The notes under the pieces were generated by a model. It worked only from the letters and a program-made list of their open reading frames with translations. It had not been told where the DNA came from and made no database searches. A stretch of 64,000 bases of DNA. It comes from an uncultured Solibacteraceae bacterium. Its GTDB lineage: Bacteria > Acidobacteriota > Terriglobia > 20CM-2-55-15. The position numbers and the translations under genes are program-made. Location: NCBI GenBank assembly GCA_964633285.1, contig CAZWGA010000001.1, positions 60,950 to 124,949 on the forward strand, read 5' to 3'. Positions 42,242 to 52,202 of this stretch are shown here, piece after piece; the first letter of the stretch is position 1; every line of letters begins with the position of its first letter.

Positions 42242-43119
42242 CGGCTGAACACGTGGTGGTCATCGCCGAAGTCGGCGAATGCTGGAATGGCGACTTTTCA
42301 TCGGCCGAAAGGTTGATAGATGTGGCCGCTTCAGCCGGTTGCGATTATGTGAAGTTTCAGACACTCGACAGGGAAGGTATAGCTGAAGACGATCCGGAGC
42401 GTGAATGGTTCCTGAAGATCGCTCTGGACGAACCGCAACTCCAGCGTCTGCGCCGGCGCGCCGCTGATGCAGGCATTCAGTTTCTGGCGACGCCGGAAAA
42501 GGCGCACAACGCGGATATCTTGAAAGCCATCGGTTGTGATGAAATCAAAATCGCTTCGTCCTGCCTCATCGATCGCGAATTGATCGAACGCGCGACCCTG
42601 TTCTCAACGGTCTTTTTATCGACAGGGCTCGCCACGCTTGATGAAGTGGATGCGGCTGTGGCAGGGCTTTCCCGCGTTGCCAATCTGTTTTTGCTGCATT
42701 GCATTGCGGAGTACCCGACAGGTCCTCTGTTGGAAGAACGCGGATTGGTTGCCCTGGATGACGAGGAAGTTCACATTTCTATGATGCGCGTTCTGGCCGA
42801 ACGCTACCCGCATGCCAGGGTGGGATATTCGGATCACACCTCCGGTCTCACAGCGCCCCTGGTCGCGGTTGCCGCCGGCGCAAAAGTGATCGAGAAGCAC
42901 ATCACTCTTGACCGCCGCACTCCCGTACAGAATTTCAAAAACGGCGGAGCTTATATGGGCACGGATCATGTGCTTTCCCTGGAACCGGATGAGCTTAAAG
43001 AAATGGTCCGTTCGATCCGCAAAGTCGAGAGAATGCTCGGCAACAAAGTCTGGGAACGATCGGCGGGCGAAAAAAAATTGCGCACCTTCCTGCGCGAACG
43101 TTTTCATCAGGCAAGCTGA
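42238..43119 (+). CDS. N-acylneuraminate-type (NeuB/PseI-like) nonulosonic acid synthase
   Basis: ..VIAEVGECWNGDFSSAERLIDVAASAGCDYVKFQT.. NeuB TIM-barrel. 293 aa (apparently no SAF domain). Confidence 0.75.
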   Translation: MTAEHVVVIAEVGECWNGDFSSAERLIDVAASAGCDYVKFQTLDREGIAEDDPEREWFLKIALDEPQLQRLRRRAADAGIQFLATPEKAHNADILKAIGCDEIKIASSCLIDRELIERATLFSTVFLSTGLATLDEVDAAVAGLSRVANLFLLHCIAEYPTGPLLEERGLVALDDEEVHISMMRVLAERYPHARVGYSDHTSGLTAPLVAVAAGAKVIEKHITLDRRTPVQNFKNGGAYMGTDHVLSLEPDELKEMVRSIRKVERMLGNKVWERSAGEKKLRTFLRERFHQAS

Positions 43120-43125
43120 TTTTAC

Positions 43126-44106
43126 ATGCGAACGATTCTTCTTTTTGCCGAGGCAGATTCAGAAATCGGATTTGGCCACCTCGGCGAGATTCGCGCCATC
43201 AGCCGGGCGCTGACCGCGCGAGACGATATTCGGACGCGCGTTTTCGCCGTTGGAACTCCGTGCGACACCGGCAGCGATATGGCTTGCGACTGGCTTACGG
43301 ATTCCACGGGCGTCATCCAGGTCATGAACTCGATCGAAGCTGACGCCACAGTGTGGAGCTTTCGGCGGCCACTGGCTCCGGGTGTATGGGAGGCCCTCGA
43401 GACTTCGTGCGCATTCAAGGTGTGGCTGGCGGACATGCCCGAACGGATTCCCCATGTGGATTTGTTCATCATGCCCACTCTGGTGAAGGAATGGCAGCGG
43501 CATCCGCATGAAGCAAAGAGTGCCTTGCTGGGTCCCAGCTATATGACGCTCGATCCGGTTTTTGAAGCCGAGCCTGAGCCAATCCATGGCCGTACCCGCG
43601 ATGTGTTACTCAGTCTGGGAGGAGCGGACCGATCGCACGCAACGCTTCGCGTCCTTCGTGCGTTGGAGGGACTCTCCGCAACAGTGGTCATCGGTCCGGG
43701 TTTCAATCACGATCAGGAAGTCAGGCGGCTTGCGAGTGCATTAAGAATCAATGTGGAGGAAAAGCCTTCGGGGTTGAGGCCGCTTCTGATCTGCCATCGA
43801 ATTGTGATTTCGGCCGGCGGAAACACGCTCTGTGAAGCCGCGGCTTCCGGCACTCCGGCACTTGTCGCATGGGAAGATCCTCACGAACGCGCCGCCGGCA
43901 CCGCTCTTGAAGAAGCAGGCGGGGCCCTTGTTCTCGGGCAAGGGATCGCTTTGCAGCCTGATAAAGTCAGAGAGGAAATCGATCGCGCGCTCCGGACGCC
44001 GGGCCTGTTGGATTCCATGGCTCGTGCTGGGCGAAGATTGATCGACGGCAAGGGAGCGCATCGAGTTGTCGATGCCATTCGTGAACGAATGATGGCGGCC
44101 GTTTGA
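43126..44106 (+). CDS. PseG-like UDP-sugar hydrolase (GT28 C-terminal-like; pseudaminic acid pathway)
   Basis: ..ADSEIGFGHLGEIRAISRAL.. N-terminus typical of PseG. C-terminal GT-B-like half. Confidence 0.6.
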   Translation: MRTILLFAEADSEIGFGHLGEIRAISRALTARDDIRTRVFAVGTPCDTGSDMACDWLTDSTGVIQVMNSIEADATVWSFRRPLAPGVWEALETSCAFKVWLADMPERIPHVDLFIMPTLVKEWQRHPHEAKSALLGPSYMTLDPVFEAEPEPIHGRTRDVLLSLGGADRSHATLRVLRALEGLSATVVIGPGFNHDQEVRRLASALRINVEEKPSGLRPLLICHRIVISAGGNTLCEAAASGTPALVAWEDPHERAAGTALEEAGGALVLGQGIALQPDKVREEIDRALRTPGLLDSMARAGRRLIDGKGAHRVVDAIRERMMAAV

Positions 44107-45161
44107 TTCCGCACTCCAAACCCAACATCCTCGAAGCGGACGTAGAGAAAGTTGCGTCCGTGGTGCGTTCACTTCACATCGCACAAGGGCAAGTCACCGA
44201 ACGGCTGGAACAGGAATGGTGCCGGCATACGGCTTCCACGGCAGCGGTCTGTGTCGGTTCCGGAGTTGCTGCCCTCCGTTTATCGTTGCTTGCGCTTGGA
44301 GTTGGGAAGGGCGATGAAGTCGTCGTTCCGGCGTATAGCTGCGTTGCGCTGCTCAACGCCGTTCTGGCTGTGGGGGCACAGCCTGTGCTTGCCGACGTTG
44401 AACTGGATACATGGGTCCTTTCCCGCGAGACCGTAGCCGCTGTTTCTACCATGCGCACGAAGGCCGTCATTGCCGTTCATCTCTTCGGATATCCGGCTCC
44501 GGTTCCCGGGATCACGGAACTGGGCGTTCCGGTCATCGAGGATTGTGCCCACGGTATCGGTGGAATGTATGACAAGCGTCCGTTTGGAAGCGCAGCCACG
44601 CTGAATGTGGCATCGTTTTACGCAACAAAAATGCTGGGTGGTGGCGAAGGCGGTATCGTCGGTTCCAGAGATCCCGGCCTGATCGCTTTTGTTAGAAACG
44701 CCCGCGGCTATGCGGATCAACTTCCGGATGGCCGGTATCTCAACGACAAGATGACGGACATGGAGGCATCTCTGGTTGAAAGCCAGTTAGCAAGATTGCC
44801 TGAGATTCTCCGCCGCCGTGATCAAACCGCTCAACGATACGCGGTATTCCTGGAGCCTCTTGAGAAACAAGGACTGATCAAATTGCCGCGCAATATCACC
44901 GGCCGAATCTGGTACCGATACGCAGTTCGGCTGGTTCATCATCAGTCGCATTTGCTTTCTTGCAGAATGCACGAATACGAAGTGTTTGCGGACCAACCGG
45001 TGTGGGATCTGAGATCCTCGCATTTCTGGTCAGACCGGCTCGTAAACTCCTCCACGGCATTTGAGCGGGTCATTTCCCTGCCGTTGTTTCCGGATCTCAG
45101 TGAAGCCGAACAGAAATTCGTATGCCATACTTTTGCGAACCTCCTTAACGCGACAAACTGA
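44103..45161 (+). CDS. DegT-family aminotransferase (PseC-like)
   Basis: ..KPNILEADVEKV..; ..DCAHGIG..; ..SFYATKMLGGGEGGIV... Confidence 0.75.
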   Translation: MIPHSKPNILEADVEKVASVVRSLHIAQGQVTERLEQEWCRHTASTAAVCVGSGVAALRLSLLALGVGKGDEVVVPAYSCVALLNAVLAVGAQPVLADVELDTWVLSRETVAAVSTMRTKAVIAVHLFGYPAPVPGITELGVPVIEDCAHGIGGMYDKRPFGSAATLNVASFYATKMLGGGEGGIVGSRDPGLIAFVRNARGYADQLPDGRYLNDKMTDMEASLVESQLARLPEILRRRDQTAQRYAVFLEPLEKQGLIKLPRNITGRIWYRYAVRLVHHQSHLLSCRMHEYEVFADQPVWDLRSSHFWSDRLVNSSTAFERVISLPLFPDLSEAEQKFVCHTFANLLNATN

Positions 45162-46297
45162 TGACACGCTTTCTAAAAGCAATGATGGATCGCCGCGAGC
45201 GCATCCTCCTTATGGATGCGATGAAACAGCACTGGATGTCGTTTGAGCACGACTACTTTTCGCTGAACCAGACGTTCGAGCAGATTCGATATTTCGTCAG
45301 GCGCGGCCACTTCTTTCGTCATTTGAAGGACCGTTTGTATTTTCGGATTTTCCCGAAGGTCAAAATCGTTCCGCCCTTTCCGACTCACGTCGAAGTCGAG
45401 ACTGCCAGCGCCTGCCAGATGCGTTGCCCCATGTGCTACACCACCTACATGGATGACGGGCTCAAGGGCGTCATGAAATGGGACCTTTACACCAGGGTCG
45501 TGGACGAATGCGCTGCGCGCGGTGTTTATTCCATCAAACTTTCCTGGCGTGGCGAGGCTTTGCTGAACAAGAACATCGTTCGAATGGTGAAGTATGCGAA
45601 GGACAAAGGCATTCCGGATGTCGCATTTCTTTCGAACGGCGAGCGCCTTACTCCGGAATTGTCCGATGAATTGATCGATGCCGGCCTGGACTGGATCAGC
45701 TTCAGCTTCGATGGTTTCAAGGAAACCTACGATGCGATTCGCGCACCTGCCAAGTTCGAGGAAACGATCGAACGCATCCGCGTGTTGCGCGAAAAACGTG
45801 ATGCGCGCGGATTGAGCAAGCCTTTGATTCGGGTGCAGTCGATATTCAGCGTGATCAAGCATGACCCGGATGGTTTTCGAAAGCTGTTCCACGGAGTTTC
45901 CGACAGCACGAACTTCATTACCGATCAGATTCGATCGTTCGAAGAAGGCCAGATCAACCACAATCCTTTTTATCAATGTCCAACTCCGTGGCAACGGATC
46001 GCTGTCGCTCATGATGGAAAGGTCCATCAGTGCATTTCGGATTACGCGGGGATGAACATTCTGGGAGATGTGAATCAGAAGTCCCTTTACAAAATCTGGC
46101 ACGATAAGCCTTTCCGCGAACTGAGAAAGTCCTTCAATCAATTCCGATATCTCGAGAATGCCGCATGCCGGATCTGTTCCGACGGAGCCGTGACGGAAAA
46201 AGTGAAGTTGCAAATCGACGGGCACGAGAGGGAAATATCCGCCTACAAGGGTATTCAAGCGAAGATCACTCCAGTGGGAAAACGGCCGCGCAAATAG
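45161..46297 (+). CDS. Radical SAM enzyme with C-terminal SPASM-like Cys cluster
   Basis: CxxxCxxC: ..ETASACQMRCPMCYT... C-terminal ..YQCPTPW..HQCISD..AACRICS... Paralog of 52203..53354. Confidence 0.75.
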   Translation: MTRFLKAMMDRRERILLMDAMKQHWMSFEHDYFSLNQTFEQIRYFVRRGHFFRHLKDRLYFRIFPKVKIVPPFPTHVEVETASACQMRCPMCYTTYMDDGLKGVMKWDLYTRVVDECAARGVYSIKLSWRGEALLNKNIVRMVKYAKDKGIPDVAFLSNGERLTPELSDELIDAGLDWISFSFDGFKETYDAIRAPAKFEETIERIRVLREKRDARGLSKPLIRVQSIFSVIKHDPDGFRKLFHGVSDSTNFITDQIRSFEEGQINHNPFYQCPTPWQRIAVAHDGKVHQCISDYAGMNILGDVNQKSLYKIWHDKPFRELRKSFNQFRYLENAACRICSDGAVTEKVKLQIDGHEREISAYKGIQAKITPVGKRPRK

Positions 46298-46963
46298 ATG
46301 AAGGTTCTCGTCATCTCAGCGCATATGGACGACGAGATTCTCGGCATGGGCGGCACCATTGCCAAGCACGTTGCCTCCGGAGACTCCGTCACCGTTTGTG
46401 TTGTGTGCAAGCGAGCGTACAACCACCAGTTCAATCCTGTAGTCGTTCAGGAGGAAAAAGACGCCTGCATTCGGGCATCGGAAGTGATCGGCTACAGCGA
46501 TGTGCGTTTTCTTGATTTGCGGGACGAACTCCTCGATGAGCGGTTGCTCGATGTGATTGTTCCTGTCGAAGAATGCGTCCAGGATGTCCGGCCGGACGTT
46601 GTGTATACACACCATCGAGGAGATTCAAATCAGGATCACCGCGCTGTTTTTCAGGCTTCGATGGTTGCGTGCCGCAGTCTTGCCGAACCCAAAGTCCCGC
46701 GTATTCTCGCGTATGAAGTTCCGTCTTCCACCGACATTGCACCTCCTTTTCCGGAGTACTCATTTCAACCCAACTATTATGTGAATGTTGCTCCCTATCT
46801 CGACCTGAAAGTGAAAGCGATGACTGCTTACATGCGCGAGTTGAAAAAGTTTCCCCATCCACGTTCGGCCAAAGGAATTCAAACGCTCGCCTGGAAACGC
46901 GGCATGGAAATCTCCTTTGAAGCGGCGGAAGCGTTTGTGGTCGTCCGCGACCAATGGGAATAG
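46298..46963 (+). CDS. PIG-L/LmbE-family N-acetyl-sugar deacetylase
   Basis: MKVLVISAHMDDEILGMGGTI.. ..HHRGDSNQDH... Confidence 0.8.
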   Translation: MKVLVISAHMDDEILGMGGTIAKHVASGDSVTVCVVCKRAYNHQFNPVVVQEEKDACIRASEVIGYSDVRFLDLRDELLDERLLDVIVPVEECVQDVRPDVVYTHHRGDSNQDHRAVFQASMVACRSLAEPKVPRILAYEVPSSTDIAPPFPEYSFQPNYYVNVAPYLDLKVKAMTAYMRELKKFPHPRSAKGIQTLAWKRGMEISFEAAEAFVVVRDQWE

Positions 46964-47667
46964 GAATGCCGGCAAAGGCAAAAACGGCAAAATCGAAAGA
47001 GCAATTTTCAGCCGACTATCACGATTATGTGATCAAGGACGGCAGGTTGATCGGCGATTTCGACAACATGTACAGGTACTCAGCGGAGGTACCCTGGCAT
47101 CAGGACGAGCGCTGCAAACACTGGTACACCACCGTAGGACTCGCGATGATCAAGGAGCGCGCGCCTTACGACAGCATTCTCGAGGCCGGATGCGGTCTTG
47201 GATACATCTCAGCGCGTCTCAAGAAGATGACATCGCGGATTGACGCGTTCGACGTCAGCAAAGAGGCCATTCGCGTCGCTCGCGCGACTCACGAAGGAAT
47301 TCATTTCTATACGGCAGATATACGCCGCGAGACATTTGAGCCGAAGCGAAAATACGCGCTGGTCGTGATCCGGGATGTGTTCTGGTATGTGTTTCCCGAG
47401 ATGAAGACGGTGACTGAAAATATTTCCAAATGTATCCGTCCGGGCGGCTTCCTTTATATCGGTCAGTCCTTTCCGGCGCTGGAAAGCAACTTCACGGGGA
47501 AGGATGTGATTCCCGATCCCGATGCGTTGTTATCGTTTTTCCCCGAGTACCGTCCTGTTTTCAGCGCCCGGCTTCGCAATCACGAATTTGCCGGCGATGG
47601 GCCCACTTTACATTTTCTCGGAGAACGTTCGGTTGATTCTCGGAATCACACCCGCACGCGGCGGTAG
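46954..47667 (+). CDS. Class I SAM-dependent methyltransferase
   Basis: ..ILEAGCGLGYISARL.. motif I. Confidence 0.7.
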   Translation: MGIGMPAKAKTAKSKEQFSADYHDYVIKDGRLIGDFDNMYRYSAEVPWHQDERCKHWYTTVGLAMIKERAPYDSILEAGCGLGYISARLKKMTSRIDAFDVSKEAIRVARATHEGIHFYTADIRRETFEPKRKYALVVIRDVFWYVFPEMKTVTENISKCIRPGGFLYIGQSFPALESNFTGKDVIPDPDALLSFFPEYRPVFSARLRNHEFAGDGPTLHFLGERSVDSRNHTRTRR

Positions 47668-48283
47668 CAAAGGTGTGCCGCGGAAAAATCTCCGATTGGT
47701 TGCGGGCCTTCCTCTGCTCGCGTGGACGATCCGGGCCGCAAAAGAATCCCGGCTTGTCGATCGTTACGTTGTTTCGACCGAAGACGATGAAATCGCATCG
47801 GTTGCGAAAGCCCACGGGGCCGAGGTTGTGAAGCGTCCAGCAGAATTGGCGACGGATGATGCGACGACACTGAGCGTCCTTCAGCATGTTTTATCCGAAG
47901 TGCCGGCCGACACCGTCGTCGTTCTGCAGGCCACATCTCCGGTTCGCGATAAGGGCTTGATCGATTCCTGCATCGAAAGATTTCAGAAGACGCGCGCGGA
48001 TTCCCTCGCGACTGGCTGGCACTGTACGTATACCGAGTACGGAACGAATGACCTGCGCCGCCAGGACATTAAAGGCTTCTTCTACGATGACGGCAACGTC
48101 TATGTGATCCGGGCGGACCTGATCGCCAAAGGCGACGCGTACGGAAAGAAAATCGAACGCGTGATGATCGACAAAGAACAAAACATCGACATCGATGATG
48201 AATTCGATTTTTGGCTGGCCGAACAAGTCCTTGAAAAAAGGTTACGCGATAGTAAAACGGGCAGTAGGGAGAGGGTTTCGTGA
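47633..48283 (+). CDS. CMP-nonulosonic acid synthetase (acylneuraminate cytidylyltransferase family; NeuA/PseF-like)
   Basis: ..[19 protein letters not shown].. TTG 47633 with GGAG RBS preferred over ATG 47522, which would overlap the methyltransferase by 146 nt. Confidence 0.65.
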   Translation: MILGITPARGGSKGVPRKNLRLVAGLPLLAWTIRAAKESRLVDRYVVSTEDDEIASVAKAHGAEVVKRPAELATDDATTLSVLQHVLSEVPADTVVVLQATSPVRDKGLIDSCIERFQKTRADSLATGWHCTYTEYGTNDLRRQDIKGFFYDDGNVYVIRADLIAKGDAYGKKIERVMIDKEQNIDIDDEFDFWLAEQVLEKRLRDSKTGSRERVS

Positions 48284-48849
48284 ACGCCAAGCCGCCATTA
48301 GCCGACAAAGCAAGCGTAACTCACGCCACTTTAAGAGACCGGTTCAGACTGTGGCAGGCTCGGCGACATCCGGGTGTCACTATTGGACAAGGCGTCATTA
48401 TCAAGCCGCACGTTGAATTGCGTTTGACCGACAACGCCAGGCTGATTGTGGGAGATCACGTCACGATTGATTCCTACGCCTATTTGCAACTGACCAAGCC
48501 TGAACCTACAGTCATTCTTGGCAACTACGTCGGAATTGGTCGGCATTCGGTGATCGCCGCGAAGCGAAGCATTGTCATCGGAGACTACACACAGATGGGT
48601 CCATATTGTCAGATCAACGATCAGGATCATGGCGCTTCCAGAGACGATCTGATCATGAATCAGAGAGCGATCATCGAGCCCGTTACCATTGGCCGCGATT
48701 GCTGGTTTGGTTCCGGCGTCCGGGTGCTCAAGGGTGTGACGATCGGCGACGGGGCAATTATCGGAGCAGGCTCGATTGTCACGAAAGATGTTCCCCCTTA
48801 TGAAATCTGGGGCGGCGTTCCAGCACGGCGCCTGAAAGTTCGCGAATAA
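48280..48849 (+). CDS. Hexapeptide-repeat (LbH) sugar N-/O-acetyltransferase (PseH/WbbJ-like)
   Basis: Repeated [LIV]GxxxxI hexapeptides. ..[28 protein letters not shown]... Confidence 0.75.
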   Translation: MNAKPPLADKASVTHATLRDRFRLWQARRHPGVTIGQGVIIKPHVELRLTDNARLIVGDHVTIDSYAYLQLTKPEPTVILGNYVGIGRHSVIAAKRSIVIGDYTQMGPYCQINDQDHGASRDDLIMNQRAIIEPVTIGRDCWFGSGVRVLKGVTIGDGAIIGAGSIVTKDVPPYEIWGGVPARRLKVRE

Positions 48850-48859
48850 AAGCTTTCCC

Positions 48860-50665
48860 GTGTTTCTTGCAACAACAGCCCTTACCGACTTCTGGGATAA
48901 AGAGAGCAGCGGAGTTTTTCTTGGGGAATGGTGTAAGCGCCGGGACCGACGCGCCGATTGGGACGGGTTGAACTATACGACGTTGCAATGCATCTGGAAC
49001 GATCGTGTTCGTTACTATGAAGCAGCAGCTTACGTCACAAGTTGTTGCGAGCGAATACTGGAACGGCTCGCCAGATATCTCAACGTTGTCCACGGTCTCG
49101 ATAACAATATCCGATACTGGAATATTCTGATTGGCGCGTGGCTGATTCATTACGTGCACTGCATCTACGATCGATACGTCCACCTGTCGCAGGCCTTTTC
49201 ACTCTTTCCTGAACTCGAAACGATCGTTCTGGACAAACGCGATTTCAAGACCCCTGCAAAAACTCATGAAGCAATACTCTCTTTGTGCGAAGACCCTTAT
49301 AACCTTCAAGTCTGTTCACAACTCATAGAAGAAATGGGGTATCGCTTTCCCACAAAACGGTTCTCGGCGAAACTCGCTGAGCCAAACGCGGAAACTCAAC
49401 AGCCGACATTACGAGCGCATCTTCGCAACGCTGTTAGGGCTGCGAATTCGACGCTCACAAGAAGCCTTTCCTGGAAAAAGCGGGGAGTCGTTTGCGATTT
49501 GGATTGGCCAACACGAGATGTCGGCGAACTGGTTCGTCAGAGCCGTTTCAATATTCTCTCGCTGGAGAAACGCACGGCCCAATGGAAGATTCCCGCTGCA
49601 ACTTTCGACAACAAACGTGAGGGACTCCGAAACTTGAGCGCCGAGACCACTCTGGAGCGTCTGTGCGTTAACCTGCTTCCCCAGAATTTTCCTACGCTCT
49701 ATCTGGAGGGGTTCAAAGAAGGCCGGGAGCAAGGCATGCAGGCGTATTCCCAGCAATTTCCAAAATTCGCGATGTCGGCCGTGGGCTGGTCCTACAACGA
49801 GGAATTCAAGTTTTGGGCAGCAGAGGCGTCACAACATGGGACGCAGCTTATCGGTGTGCAGCACGGCGGCGGCTATGGCGTGTTTCGTTTTGCTCCGTAC
49901 GAAATTCACGAGAACAAATTGACGGACTTCTATGCCACGTGGGGATGGGGTGTTGACGGTTCTTCCAAATACGTGCCGCTTCCAAATCCGAAGCTTGCGA
50001 TCGTTCGCCGGGCACGAACGGACGCCGCGTCGAGTGGCAAGATTCTCTTTGCGGCACACGATGAGCCTCGTTATCTGTTCCGGTTTCACTCCGCGCCGGT
50101 TGGGCCCCAGGCCTCCGAACTTGCGGATCTGGAAATCCGGTTTCTGAAATCCATGCCCGCCACAGTCCTTTCGCGTATTGTTTTCAGGAAGTATCCCGGT
50201 GATTTTGGAAATGCTGTTCGTGAATACATCGGAAACAAATTTCCTGATTTGAAATGGGACCAGCAGTCCTCGTTCTATGCGAGCGTTGCGAATTGCGAAC
50301 TGGTCGTGTTCGATCACTGCGGAACAGGGTTCCTGGAGTCCCTGGCCGCGAATGTTCCCACTCTGATTTTTTGGGATCCCGAGCGATGGGAACTTCGGGG
50401 TGAGGCCGTGCCTTATTTTGAACTGCTCCATCAGGCAGGCATCCTCCACTTTACGCCGGAATCGGCAGCCTCCGCGCTCGCAGAGATCTCCTCGAATATC
50501 GGTTCTTGGTGGCTGACCCCGGCGGTTCAGGAAGCCCGGCGCCGGTTCGTGAAACAGTACGCGCTTGAAAGCGACGGTTGGGCCGGTCTTTGGCTTCAGA
50601 GTATTCGCGGCTGCGTTTCTGACCAACCTCCGGCAACAGCCAAATACAGGCGGGAATCGATATGA
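48860..50665 (+). CDS. Large hypothetical protein (about 600 aa), possibly a LIC12162-type putative transferase of nonulosonic-acid loci
   Basis: 601-aa ORF with good coding composition in the middle of the sugar locus. Family assignment is from memory only. Confidence 0.5.
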   Translation: MFLATTALTDFWDKESSGVFLGEWCKRRDRRADWDGLNYTTLQCIWNDRVRYYEAAAYVTSCCERILERLARYLNVVHGLDNNIRYWNILIGAWLIHYVHCIYDRYVHLSQAFSLFPELETIVLDKRDFKTPAKTHEAILSLCEDPYNLQVCSQLIEEMGYRFPTKRFSAKLAEPNAETQQPTLRAHLRNAVRAANSTLTRSLSWKKRGVVCDLDWPTRDVGELVRQSRFNILSLEKRTAQWKIPAATFDNKREGLRNLSAETTLERLCVNLLPQNFPTLYLEGFKEGREQGMQAYSQQFPKFAMSAVGWSYNEEFKFWAAEASQHGTQLIGVQHGGGYGVFRFAPYEIHENKLTDFYATWGWGVDGSSKYVPLPNPKLAIVRRARTDAASSGKILFAAHDEPRYLFRFHSAPVGPQASELADLEIRFLKSMPATVLSRIVFRKYPGDFGNAVREYIGNKFPDLKWDQQSSFYASVANCELVVFDHCGTGFLESLAANVPTLIFWDPERWELRGEAVPYFELLHQAGILHFTPESAASALAEISSNIGSWWLTPAVQEARRRFVKQYALESDGWAGLWLQSIRGCVSDQPPATAKYRRESI

Positions 50666-52197
50666 GGAATGGCGTCATCCATCGGTTCCTCGCGAGTTTT
50701 GTTGCCAACTTCTGCCGGATGGGAATATCCGTTTTCACGGGACTCGTCGTCGCACGAGGTCTGGGAGTCGAGCGTTTCGGCGACCTGAATTTTCTTCTGG
50801 CGAGCTTTGCGGCGATCTCTCAATTGGTTGAAATGGGAAGTGCGTCGGCCTTTTATACGCTGATTTCCCGAAGACCGCGGGAGCGCACCTTCTTCGGCGT
50901 TTATGTCGTGTGGGTTTCAATACAGTTCGTGATCATTGCGGCTCTAGTGCTTTTTCTCCCTTCGCAACTGTTCGGCCGGGTGTGGTTCGATCATCAGAGA
51001 GGTATTGTTTTGATGGCCCTGGCTGCAACGTTCTTTTCAACACAGATATGGGCCTTGATCAGCCAGCTTAGTGAAGCGTTGCGAAAAACGGTGCTGATCC
51101 AGACGGTGTCTGTCGTTCAGGCCGCTGCACACCTGTTGCTTATTGCCGCCCTCATTTACCTCAAAGCGTTGTCGGTCTGGACCGTACTGTTGCTTCTTGT
51201 TCTGGAATACGCGGTTATCGCATTAATTCTGGGGCCACGGCTGATTCTCGGAAACATCAATCCGTCGGCGATTCGCCAGGACAGTACAGCGATTTTGAAA
51301 GAATTTGTTACTTATTGCACGCCATTGGTTGTTTATGCAGGCGCAGGTTTTCTCTACGCGTTTGCGGATCGCTGGTTTCTCCAGTTGTACGGTGGTTCAC
51401 AGCAGCAGGGATTCTTTTCGCTCTCTCAACAAATATCGAGTGTGAGTCTCATTGCCACCACTTCGATGTCCAGAGTCTTCTGGAAAGAAGTTGCGGAGGC
51501 GCGCCATTTGGAGAATCACTCGCGAGTGACGGCATTGTATGACAACGTTTTGAGGGGCCTTTACTTTGCATCCGCATGGTTGAGTTGCCTGCTTATTCCC
51601 TACAGCAGAGAACTCCTGCGTACGTTTTTGGGACCTTCGTTCGAGCCCGCCTGGCTGGCATTCAGCATCATGCTGATTTACCCGATTCATCAGTCGATTG
51701 GGCAAGTGACCGGTTCATTTCTTTGGGCCAGCGCGGATACCGGCATGTACGCCCGCGTTGGAATTGCAACAATGCTGGTTGGTGTACCCGTCACATACTT
51801 TCTGTTGGCGCCTCCGAACGCTCGCATTCCGGGATTCTCGCTCGGGGCGACCGGCCTTGCCCTGAAGCTGGTTGTGCTTCAGCTTCTGGCGGTCAATGTA
51901 CAAATGTTCTTTATCGCAAGAAAAGACCGGACGCAGTCGCACATTTCCTATCAGTTCTTTGTGCTCCTGCTCTTGCTCGGTCTGAGCGCTTTGTGCAAGG
52001 CCGGAGTGGATTTCCTCTTCAAGCTTGTTTGGCCCGGAGCGCCGACATTGGGAATCGCGGCTGCCGGCGGTCTCGCGTACATCGCCATTTCATTGTCGGG
52101 CATCGCGGTGGCCCCGGGTCTTCTGGGAATGAGCCGTGATCAGCTACGAATCGCGATCAGCCGGGTTGGGAGCGCCCTCATGCCGTCGCAGGCCTGA
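50662..52197 (+). CDS. wzx: Wzx-type oligosaccharide flippase (MOP superfamily)
   Basis: About 12-14 TM helices. Polysaccharide-biosynthesis-protein N-terminal pattern. Confidence 0.7.
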   Translation: MRNGVIHRFLASFVANFCRMGISVFTGLVVARGLGVERFGDLNFLLASFAAISQLVEMGSASAFYTLISRRPRERTFFGVYVVWVSIQFVIIAALVLFLPSQLFGRVWFDHQRGIVLMALAATFFSTQIWALISQLSEALRKTVLIQTVSVVQAAAHLLLIAALIYLKALSVWTVLLLLVLEYAVIALILGPRLILGNINPSAIRQDSTAILKEFVTYCTPLVVYAGAGFLYAFADRWFLQLYGGSQQQGFFSLSQQISSVSLIATTSMSRVFWKEVAEARHLENHSRVTALYDNVLRGLYFASAWLSCLLIPYSRELLRTFLGPSFEPAWLAFSIMLIYPIHQSIGQVTGSFLWASADTGMYARVGIATMLVGVPVTYFLLAPPNARIPGFSLGATGLALKLVVLQLLAVNVQMFFIARKDRTQSHISYQFFVLLLLLGLSALCKAGVDFLFKLVWPGAPTLGIAAAGGLAYIAISLSGIAVAPGLLGMSRDQLRIAISRVGSALMPSQA

Positions 52198-52202
52198 AAA
52201 AC

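Noticed and set aside
47522-47632. ATG 47522 start for the NeuA-like cytidylyltransferase
   Set aside because: It would overlap the methyltransferase by 146 nt. TTG 47633 gives the canonical N-terminus ([14 protein letters not shown]) and has a GGAG RBS.
47657-47668. GGCGGTAGCAAA resembling an ops/JUMPStart antiterminator element
   Set aside because: It lies inside the cytidylyltransferase coding sequence and is a codon by-product of the conserved ARGGSKG motif, not a leader element.
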